Shown piece after piece: positions 1-10,008 of a DNA stretch of 64,000 nt. The translations under genes and the position numbers were made by a program. The DNA is taken from assembly GCA_965644295.1 (NCBI GenBank), contig CBFFRP010000455.1, positions 1-64,000 on the forward strand. The letters run 5' to 3'. A model generated the notes under the pieces. The model searched no databases and was not told where the DNA came from. It was given only the letters and a program-made list of their open reading frames with translations. Position 1 is the first letter of the stretch. Each line of letters opens with the position of its first letter. This stretch comes from Paraphysomonas bandaiensis. Lineage: Eukaryota; Protista; Chrysophyceae.

Positions 1-79
1 CACACATGTTCCATACGAAAACATCAACACAAAAAAAAGAAGTGGGACCGCACTGGTCCGCTTTGTCGAAAAACGCCTC

Positions 80-260
80 TATGTATGTATGTATGTATGT
101 ATGTATGTATGTATGTATGTATGTATGTATGTATGTATGTATGTATGTATGTATGTATGTATGTATGTATGTATGTATGTATGTATGTATGTATGTATGT
201 ATGTATGTATGTATGTATGTATGTATGTATGTATGTATGTATGTATGTATGTATGTATGT
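80..260 (+). repeat. (TATG)n microsatellite upstream of the SOAT gene
   Basis: Perfect tetranucleotide array ending about 95 bp before ATG 355. Confidence 0.98.
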
Positions 261-354
261 GGTCATATGTTAGTTAGATGTATCATATATATCTATATCA
301 CGATCTCTCTCCAGTTCACCACCTTCTCATCCTCTACAAACTCATTTCCCAAAC

Positions 355-2227
355 ATGCCGAAAACAAAAAAATCTTCCAAACTCTCCTCTAACTCCCCTA
401 ATAAGGACATCCCTTCTACCACACATACCCCCCCTCCCACTGATCATATATACACTGAAACAATGAAACAAGAAGCACTTGATAAATTAATTACAGATAT
501 TCTTATACAATCAAAACAACGTATTGAATCTACTGTTGAAGATATTAAACTTGAATTCAATCAGAAAATGGATTCAATTTCAACTGATCTTCAACTTCTA
601 TGTCGTCGACAGACATCATTATCAATACAGAACAATAAGAAACCATTTGGACGTAAAGAATTTATACCACGTGAAAGTTTATTATCAAAAATGCTTCATT
701 ATGATGATGAGAATTATAAGACAATCTTTAATATTATGGTGTGTTTCATCATCCTATGGGGAGTAGGACTGGCCTTTGAAGATATCAACACATACGGTCT
801 CCCTAATTTTGATTTACTAATATGGGGAGTTGTAAGAGATATTCAACCATTTATGCAGTATTGGCTTATGATGGTTGTATCAAGCTTTACAGTAGTATTA
901 CTTGCTCATTTTTCTGCTGAATGTAAAATGAGATTTATGCGGACGTTTTTTATTGTATGCTATACCGTCCTTCAGATTGGTATGTTTGTATTCAGTGCAT
1001 GGGCAGTCAATTCTCATGCACCACGATTTGCAATGCCGCTAGCTGCGGGTCTGATGTGCGAACAAGCACGCATGAGTATGAAGATGCATAGTTACTTCAG
1101 AGAAAAAATCATGTGGCGGCGTTATAATGGGAAATTTGCCTGTCAACCGAAATCCACTGGCCACTTTCTTATGCTCCCCATCCCAGATCTAGACTACATC
1201 GTCACGGAGGGATTCCGCTTTTTGGAATTCATATTTATCCCGACACTGGTATATAGAGATAACTACCCACGGACATCCCGCATCCGCTGGGACTACGTCG
1301 TAGTGAGATCTTTAGAATTTATAGCGATGGTCTACTTTGCATTCCTTCTGTTTAGGGCGGTGCTTCCTCCCCTGGAGTCTTCCGCCGGCACCTCCGTGTC
1401 TCTAACAGAATATACCCGCTTGTCCTTCAATTGCATGTGAGTTTGTTTATATATAAATAGATTTTCGTATTGTCAGACTTTTATCTAATGTTTGCTATCT
1501 GGCAGGGGACCGTCAATGGCAATTATGTTCATGGCGCACTTCCTGGTATTACATACTGTACAAAATATAGGCGCAGAACTTACTCGATTCGCAGACAGGC
1601 AATTCTACCAGGTAAAAAGTAGTGGCATGTTTTCATATATATCATTTAGTTGTAGAATTGATGCTTCAATCACATATATCTGGCATATGCGCATGTTTTA
1701 AATTTTTGGTACATCTGTGAGATATGGCGTAGGATTGGTGGACAGCGCGCACATTCTCTGTATTTTATCGTAAGTGGAATGGTGTTGTCCATGACTTCAT
1801 TCATTCATACATGTATATGGACATGGTCGAGCTACTTAAGATGAACAAAACTGCTTCTCTGCTTTTGTCTTTCATCTTGTCTGCTGTGATCCACGAGTAC
1901 ATAATTTGTTTCTCAATGGGATTCTTTTTACCTATTCTCGGTGTTTTATTCACTGGGCCAGGGCTAATCTTCATTCTTCTGACTAAAAATAAAACCGGTC
2001 GGCTCTGGAATATCTTTATGTGGATGATGCTGGCCCTAGGAAATGGCCAACTGCTCGTGATGTATGCGAGGGAGTACTACAGTCGGGAGTTATACTCCGG
2101 CAGTGATCTATCTTCTTGTAGTGATTCGTGCTCCCCAGAGGAGCTGCAGTACAGGGGGTATAATGATTTCTGGGTGCCACTGACACTCCGCATGCAATTT
2201 CCTCATATTTTCGGAAAGGTCCCTTGA
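355..2227 (+). CDS. SOAT: Sterol O-acyltransferase (ACAT/SOAT-type MBOAT); exons 355-1436, 1506-1611, 1733-2227
   Basis: GT-AG introns 1437-1505 and 1612-1732 join the frames to give MKMHSY, PTLVYRDNYPR, AELTRFADRQFYQDWWT (FYxDWWN-like), FYRKWN and SAVIHEY (catalytic His). Confidence 0.9.
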
Positions 2228-2671
2228 AGTGATTTGTGAAGATGATATTAGCTGTAATGTCGTCAACGGTTCCGTGTTGCATTGGGATATTGTAGTCGGA
2301 GTTGTATTCAATTTTGGTATTGTAGAACAAGGAATGTTGTAGTTATAACTTATATAGCTCAAGTTTCTTACTAATTTCTACCTTTCTTCTATTCTTCGAG
2401 ACTCTACGGGGAGTGCCTGAGCTTCACCGTGTACTGGAAATATTGGGTGAAGGAGTTGCACAAAGCCTCATTGCAGAAGTTTAGAATTTGTAACTTTTAC
2501 CCTTGAATTAATAAGTATATAGATATATAATATATAGAAATTCAATGAGACATACACTTTGTATTTGGTATAACCTTTCAACCACACTCAAAAACCAAAG
2601 ACCTTATCTATCAACATTTGACATTTAGGATGGATACTCTTAAACAACTGAACATTGATATTACATGGTGA

Positions 2672-2758
2672 CCCTCAACAAAGTCGGACTCGCACCTTTT
2701 CGAGGTGTTCTGGGGGATAAGTGCCGGAGAGATTCTCTCTGGGAAACTAACGTGAGCC
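2672..2758 (+). ncRNA. Putative HDV-like self-cleaving ribozyme (L1Tc/ingi Pr77-type), copy 1
   Basis: Manual fold: P1 CCCUCAAC/GUUCUGGG(GG) (imperfect), P2 GG(A)CUCGC/GUGAGCC, P3 ACC/GGU, L3 UUUUCGA, P4 2724-2742, J4/2 GAAACUAAC with candidate catalytic C at 2747. Confidence 0.65.
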
Positions 2759-3878
2759 GCAAACATAGTCAGCAGATATTGTTCTGCCCACTCATAGCCA
2801 AATGCTTGTGTGGTACAAGGGACACTAATAAGTGTCACTTGTGTAGACGTCTTTGGGCCCTGACAAATAAACAGGCATCCGGGAATGGGCCCACCTCAAG
2901 GGCATCCGGGACAGGGCCCACCAGAAGGGTAACCGGGGTATTGGGCTGCCTGCTGAAGTTAAGCATCCGGGATGTTCACCTTAAGAACTCAAAACACCTG
3001 AAGTCAGCAGGTGTCAGGTATATCAACATTCTGCTTGCTCCCTGCGTTTGCTTTGAGTGATTGATGCTGAGTATGAGCTCACATTATTCGGTATCTGTGT
3101 GGCCAATGACCGAGGTAATGCGTCAAACTTTCCTCATGGATGCATGGCAATGGCAATGATGTGCTTAGACCTGTCATGTCTTCTCACACGTCTACTGCCT
3201 AGTCTTGGTTTCTCCTGACCCAGGTCATTGAGATTATATCAAGGCTCTGGCACTGTTCTCCAAGCAGTGTCAGGTACATTTGTGGTGCTTTTATGTTATT
3301 CTTGCTTAGTAGGTTTTCATCCGAGCGGGGAAGGTGCACGGTTTCCTACTAGTGTAAGTCACTCGGGAGAAGAGTGCAAGGTGGATGCATGTGCTGGACG
3401 AGTGCACACAATGGAGGGAAGACATTGGAGTCAGCTTGAATTTGTAACAGATTTTGGTAGATGTCTGTTTCATGCGTCAGTGTGCAAAATTGCACCTGTG
3501 AGACAGCTTCGTGACCGTGGGAGGACCCGGCGCTATAGAGCTACTTTATTCTCCCTTCCAGACTACCTGCTGCTGTGAACACCACATTGAAGAGGGCCCT
3601 AAAGATCTGCCGCATATACAGGAGACATATGCCGAAGACACCGACCGCAAGTTGTTTGTGTTAGGACAAGTAGATTGGGCAGGAGCGTATGATCCGGCTT
3701 AAACACGCAACTCGTCGTATGCCCATGTAGCTAACTAAATCGTGTTGTATAGTTGAGCACTTGTCGGTGCATGCAATAGTAACTAGATGAGAGTCATGTT
3801 ATGCATAGTGTCGCGCGAGTTGTTAGGTTGGTCGCGGCAACGCACAAGCTTGCGCTTCTTAATAATCAGATTTTCAAC
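2672..3878 (+). mobile_element. Non-autonomous non-LTR-type retroposon, copy 1 (ribozyme-headed family)
   Basis: Perfect 14-bp TSD ATATTACATGGTGA at 2658-2671 and 3879-3892; first ~320 bp shared with 50575-50893; 3' end TAATAATCAGATTTTCAAC resembles the end of copy 2. Confidence 0.85.
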
Positions 3879-4350
3879 ATATTACATGGTGATTAATTAG
3901 TAAAATTATAACCAAGCACTCTCATCATTCATTGATATTCACTGTTAGAGCTGGACATTACACTGAAGTTAACTTAGCCATGCTTTGTTGTTTGTTGCAC
4001 ACAATGTCCTTTCAAGAATCAATCTTTCAAGAAACTACTGTACATGGCGAAAGTATTTTCTCTATTCTTGCATGGATTCCAGTCAACATCAGATACACTG
4101 CACAAAAACCTCATGTCTAGCCTGATGTCGCCTATGATACGTCGATACCGTACGTACTACAGTACTACATATATATTGTAATTATATGAGGACACATAAG
4201 CCCGCCATGTGAATCAAACTATTAATATTCATTACTACTGGTGTTAGTATATCACGGTACTTCAGCAAAGCCACAAAAACAACAAGTCCATGTACGAAAC
4301 AACAGTAGAAATTGTTTCGATACAGACTACAGGAGCCACTGCACTATCTA

Positions 4351-5499
4351 CTACGACCATATCTGTCGTAGTCACATAAGAGCCTAACATAAAAGAGTAA
4401 TACATATATTTACCTTTATAGTTCTATCGGCAGAGGCAGTACAGAGGGCGGCTCCCGATGCGCTCAAGCCCACTGAAGTAACATCGCCAGTGTGCTCCGT
4501 CAGCACGAAGGAAGGAGAAGAAGTTGGGGAGGTCGTGTCCCAGGCCTTGCAGGATCCGTCGCTATATCCGACAAACATCAGTCGACCAGACCTAGAGAAA
4601 CATACTATATATCTTTTAAATCCAAATTTCCAGAAAAAATCTGCATGAAACTTACCCGATGACGCCGGCACCTGGCTGTCATCCGACTCAAAAGACGCAA
4701 CCTCGCCATAACTTCTCGTGTCAAACACTTTACATGTAGAGTCCGTAGAAGCAGTACCCACCGCTACACCGTCTGGGAAGTAGGCGACACTATTCACATC
4801 GGACTCATGTCCATGGAACGTATGGGTGCAGGATCCGCTATTGACATCCCAGAGCTTGACGGTGCAGTCTGCGGAGGCGGTAGCAAAGGATTGTTGTGAG
4901 GGATGCGTCGCCACATCAAGGCAATCTGCAGCGTGTTCAGTAAATGAGTGTTTAGCATGCACCCGTGTGATGTCCCATACAGTTGCACTGGAATCTCCAG
5001 AGGCTGTCACAATATTGTTAACTCCCAAAAACTTACAAGATGATAGGTAGCCGTCGTGACCCTTGAGTTCAGCAGAGGGATGTGTCATACCAACTTGTCC
5101 AACAATAAATACAGAACAGACCCTATCTGCACCACCTGTAGCAACAAGACGATTTGCACTACACTCATATGCACATGTCATCAACCACTGGGTCTTATGT
5201 TTAATGGTCTGTATACGACTCTTATTTATACCATTCCATACTATCAACTGACCATCTTTACCAGCACTAACAAAAATACCTTCCTGGCTTGACCATTCAA
5301 TTGAAGTAACATTATCAGAGTGTCCCATAAGAGTTCTTGAGCATATAAGCTGTTTAATAGTATGTAACTTCTCTCTTGATTTTACTGCGCTTTGTTTAAG
5401 TGAACCATTCCGTTTAATATGTTTAATATTTTCCATTTCATTTGTTAATGTTAATAGTTTTTCTTTTGCATGTTGTATTTGTGTTTGTATGTCTGTCAT
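4351..5499 (-). CDS. Heterotrimeric G-protein beta subunit (WD40); exons 5499-4656, 4604-4414, 4362-4351
   Basis: N-terminal coiled coil, RTLMGH, WLMTCAY, GHDGYLSSC, GHESDVNSV, FSRSGRL; two 51-nt GT-AG introns restore SSVCFS and the C-terminal KIWS*. Confidence 0.9.
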
Positions 5500-5750
5500 T
5501 GTTGTGTGGGTGTATGTATATATATATGAGGGGGGATATATATATATATGTGTGTATATGTGTGTGTAGTAGTACAGTGTATATGAATCCTACACTAATA
5601 GATACTCAATGAGAGAGTGAAGAGATGAGGATGAAGAGATGGGATGGGAATGTAGATTTGTTTGTCTCGAGTAAAAGGAGCTCGAGTGACGTGGTAGAGA
5701 TAGAGCACAATTGTGCAACTTACTCATCAACTCCGTATCCATAATACCAC

Positions 5751-6181
5751 ACATACATACATACATACATACATACATACATACATACATACATACATAC
5801 ATACATACATACATACATACATACATACATACATACATACATACATACATACATACATACATACATACATACATACATACATACATACATACATACATAC
5901 ATACATACATACATACATACATACATACATACATACATACATACATACATACATACATACATACATACATACATACATACATACATACATACATACATAC
6001 ATACATACATACATACATACATACATACATACATACATACATACATACATACATACATACATACATACATACATACATACATACATACATACATACATAC
6101 ATACATACATACATACATACATACATACATACATACATACATACATACATACATACATACATACATACATACATACATACA

Positions 6182-6211
<30 letters not shown>
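5751..6211 (-). repeat. (TATG)n microsatellite between divergent G-beta and GH79 genes
   Basis: ~460-bp perfect (CATA)n on the + strand. Confidence 0.98.
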
Positions 6212-6212
<1 letters not shown>

Positions 6213-6266
6213 GACTATCTATAGGTATTAACATCTACATGTAGTTTATCTCTGTAATATCATCCC

Positions 6267-7898
6267 ATGAACTCCCATTTTAATTACCGTCTAATCCCTC
6301 TCCTCCTCTCCCTTCTCCCTCTCTCCCACTCCCTCATCTTCACCCTCAACACCTCTCTACCTATCCACACACAGAGCTCAGAGCATCCGTATATATGTAC
6401 TACACTCGACTGGTGGCCTATTAATAAATGCGATAGTGAAGATGGACAATCGAACTGTGCATGGATAGAAGCATCTGCATTAACAGCTCCTATTACTGAA
6501 CAACGTTTACAGAATGCTCTATGGGCATTAGGGGATATCACGTTACGTATAGGGGGTACACTTGCCGACACTGTTACGTATGATATTAAAGGGGACATAG
6601 AGAAACGTTGTCCCGAATTTTCTCCTGAACCACCAGAGAAATCGAAATTGTTTACCGGAGGATGTTTAACAGCTTCGAGATGGAGAGATCTTCAAGACTT
6701 CTGTTCAATTGATAGTGGCTGTGAGATGATATTTGACTTGAATGGTATGGTCGGTAGAGTTTGTGAAAATGTAGAACCTGGAAGGGCACCTTGCTTCTAT
6801 CCTGAAGCAACGTGCACCTCTGATTGGGATTCGTCCAATGCGGAGACCCTCATTCGATTTACAGCCGAAGCAGGATATCCTATTAGTGCGTACGAGCTAG
6901 GCAACGAATTGACTTGTCTGTCACCTACTCAGTACGCACAGTCCATCTGGGAATTGCACGACATATTGCAACGGGTTTACTCGAGCGTTAATCAGAGCAC
7001 CCGGGTTCCCGATATTGTAGCCACAGATGCCGTGAATGGAGACACTGCCTTCCTGCAAGAATTCCTGCCTCTTGTGAGTGATGTGCTCTATGCGTATAGC
7101 TGGCACGATTACCCACTTGGCCCTGGGGTATACTGCTCCGGTTCAGACGGGAAGAATAACACCTCTGTAGATGAGATCATCATGGATCCGCAGGGCCTTG
7201 ATGGTTTCACCAGTGATGCTGCATCGATATCGGAAGTTTTGTTGAATGGTGGTGGTGACGTACGGGCGTACATGGGAGAAACGGGTGGTGCATATGATAG
7301 TGGATGCAATGGGTCAACTAATGCCTTTATGTCCGGATTTTGGTATTTGAATTCGTTGGGATCTTTTGCAGTTAATGGGCATGATATGTTCTGCAGGCAG
7401 ACACTCACGGGAGGTAATTATGAGCTAGTTAACAAATTAACCCAAATTCCCAATCCAGACTTCTACTCGGCACTGTTGTTCTCTCGCTTAATGGGCCGAG
7501 GAGTTCTTGCTGCAAAAACTAGTGGAGTGGGACATGAGAATGTGAGGATATACGCCCACTGTGCGAAGCAGCCTGAGTCGGGAGTGGCAGTGCTGTACCT
7601 GAACTTCGGCAATCATCCAGTCTCTGTAGAGGGTGTCAGAGTGCTTGGACTAGATGCACTGTATTCCGGAGAGCGACTGGAATATATACTCACAGGGGTG
7701 CAGTCGGCACGATCAGCAGATCCTTTACACAGTGATGTTGTAGCTCTCAATGGTAATATTCTGAGGCCACAGGAACCGTCTGGCAAAATGCCGCCATTGT
7801 TGCCTAGGTCGAATAATGCTGACGAACCATTGATTCTTCCTGCATTCTCCTATGGCTTTGTAGTCTATCCCAATATGCCAGCAGAGGGCTGCGAATGA
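6267..7898 (+). CDS. Heparanase-like glycoside hydrolase family 79, secreted
   Basis: Signal peptide; TLDWWP, LRIGGT, YELGNE (acid/base), YMGETGGAY (nucleophile), GFWYL, FCRQTLTGGNY, PNPDFY; single ORF. Confidence 0.92.
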   Translation: MNSHFNYRLIPLLLSLLPLSHSLIFTLNTSLPIHTQSSEHPYICTTLDWWPINKCDSEDGQSNCAWIEASALTAPITEQRLQNALWALGDITLRIGGTLADTVTYDIKGDIEKRCPEFSPEPPEKSKLFTGGCLTASRWRDLQDFCSIDSGCEMIFDLNGMVGRVCENVEPGRAPCFYPEATCTSDWDSSNAETLIRFTAEAGYPISAYELGNELTCLSPTQYAQSIWELHDILQRVYSSVNQSTRVPDIVATDAVNGDTAFLQEFLPLVSDVLYAYSWHDYPLGPGVYCSGSDGKNNTSVDEIIMDPQGLDGFTSDAASISEVLLNGGGDVRAYMGETGGAYDSGCNGSTNAFMSGFWYLNSLGSFAVNGHDMFCRQTLTGGNYELVNKLTQIPNPDFYSALLFSRLMGRGVLAAKTSGVGHENVRIYAHCAKQPESGVAVLYLNFGNHPVSVEGVRVLGLDALYSGERLEYILTGVQSARSADPLHSDVVALNGNILRPQEPSGKMPPLLPRSNNADEPLILPAFSYGFVVYPNMPAEGCE

Positions 7899-8268
7899 TT
7901 ACGTTAACTTATGCATATTATATTTTACGTATTGGGCACCAAGTCATTGTTAATAGTAGGGTTGTTATCTGACTATTTCTGATGCTGGATCTTAGAAACA
8001 CTAAAAGCGGCTGTAATGAAATCATATTTGCCTAATATACTGAATGTCCAACAGTACGTGACTTGAATTCAAAAACCAAAAAGCGATAATCATGAGATTG
8101 TAATAAATTGCATGGAATATATGTAATAATTGCAATTTACTATATTTAGTATAAGGATATATTAGAATTAGAACTAGGAAAAGGTTGGCCTCTCATTATA
8201 AATTTCTTTACATTTTAGAAGGCTTTCTTTGTACGGTCGATTACGTTTCCTTCCTCCTGGCATTGAGC

Positions 8269-9103
8269 CAGGGCCTGGTAACCGTTAATGGCCCATTAAT
8301 GGTAGTCCAGTTCCCGGCAATTATAATGGCCGTGGTAAATGGCCATTTAATGGCCATTAATACCTACTAACTTAAAGTATATAATACCGCGTGGTGCTCT
8401 CTTAATTACTAATATTAAATTAATAGTAGACAACGAATTGAAACTACTTCTTGCTCTCTACTGACACATCAGGATCTTCTTGCAGAGCTTCATGGAGGGT
8501 ATAAGCATCCCACAACATGTAATTGGCTCGTATACAAGTATACAATCATGTTTCTACGATAATAATATTGATAATCAACTTTGCACGACCTAAGAGCCTC
8601 TCAACAACATTAGATTGTGCTTCAATATGAAGCAAGCAGGGGTAGTTGGACTCATAGGTACCAAGTCGAGCTCTCTTGTGGTTACCTAGGCGCTCTACAG
8701 AACACGCTGTGCAAAATCAGTTCCTTCACTCTCGTTCTCGTTATTTCTGTCTGTGTTATGTTTCTATGTGAAATATGCATATTTTCAATGTTATTTTAGA
8801 GTTTTTGTGTATATGGGTCCGTTGCTACATGGATATCGCTCAGGACATTATTCTCTAACTGTGGAATGCATTAAGAACATAGTGAACAAGGTTACCACAG
8901 AGTGCCAGTAGAGTTGCATGAACATTGTTGTCTAATATTGTTTAGAGTTTCTTCGGAGTGTAGAGGAGATACTATATTCTACATTATCTTAAAAACACTC
9001 ACTTCTATATATAGCAGTACAGGTCATTAATGGTAGTCCGGTTACCGGCAATTATAATGACATAACCATTAATGCCATTACCATTAACGGTTACTAGGCC
9101 CTG
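8269..9103 (-). mobile_element. Non-autonomous hAT transposon (internal deletion derivative)
   Basis: 23-bp TIR CAGGGCCT(G/A)GTAACCGTTAATGG with 1 mismatch; 8-bp TSD CATTGAGC (8261-8268) / CCTTGAGC (9104-9111); minus-strand remnant HIEAQSNVVERLLGRAKLII...IRANYMLWD resembles the hAT C-terminal dimerisation motif. Confidence 0.88.
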
Positions 9104-9349
9104 CCTTGAGCTATAAGCACATCGTATATATGGAATGCTCATTACCCTTCTAGTTTTAAGATATCTATAAGTAGTTAATGATTGAACTTTACTACGAACT
9201 GGACGTGCACGGCATGTATGTGCTGTACATCATGGTATTATCAGGGTTTGTCGAAATCATGGATATTTAGAGTTTGGTCTGAGGATTGTGTCTTTGATAG
9301 TTTGGTAGGATGCGCTTTGCACAAACTGAACTAGCTCTGCATCTATATT

Positions 9350-9886
9350 GTGAAGAGCATTATCCTAAGTTGTTGAATAGCACTCTGAACATGCAAGCAA
9401 ATTGTGAGGAAAAGCAAGCAAAGAATTTTGGAGTTGGCAGGAGATCTGGGCAGGAGCCATTTTGACGATGATGTCAACAAAGTAATCCCAAATGCAGTGA
9501 CACATGCTAAATTAGAGCGCTTGTCAGCGGAGTTAAGAGAATGCAAAAACGTTTCTATGACCAATCCAACTAAGTACGGCTTATTTACTCCACTACTACT
9601 TGTATGGAAAGGCTTTTCATATCTGTGATACGATGGGGGTTTCAGGTGGGAGTAAGCGGTCGTATAGCTAAGTTTCTTGTGATATCGTTTACAGTAGAGC
9701 AAAATCAACATGCGAAATCTACGCAAATCCATGGCACCTCATCGATTGGAGGCCCTTATCCCTTATCTCTAATAGACTTCTGTGGAGTGCAAGTGCGGTT
9801 GAAGATGCTATACATGTTATGAAATTGTAATATAATTGCTCAAAAACATTCGCAATTTCATTGCAATTAATTGTTACACAGCCCTG
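9350..9886 (+). mobile_element. Degenerate hAT transposase 3' relic with a CCCTG-type terminus
   Basis: Frameshifted SCDIVYSRAK...LRKSMAPHRLEAL resembles the hAT ERLFSRAK...RKSM.P..LE motif; ends ...GTTACACAGCCCTG. Confidence 0.5.
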
Positions 9887-10008
9887 TTTTACACAGGGTC
9901 CAAACGACGAAACATAGTAGCAAGTCCATTATTCCCATGAACAAAGGGGACTCAGTGAACAAATCTAAATGACTAATTTCCACACATCTCCACACATAGC
10001 ATGCGTAC

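Noticed and set aside
6-392. MYVC/IHTY repeat ORFs here and at 5590-6234, 23135-23424, 26833-27565, 62464-63793
   Set aside because: Translations of (TATG)n, which has no stop in any frame; the 691-aa ORF at 61662-63737 is the SET gene plus the microsatellite.
2760-2775. Group I intron S-like AAACAUAGUC
   Set aside because: No matching P/Q/R core, and the element is bounded by TSDs in intergenic DNA.
2870-2930. 2A peptide as in L1Tc
   Set aside because: The frame gives GHPGQGP, not D(V/I)ExNPGP.
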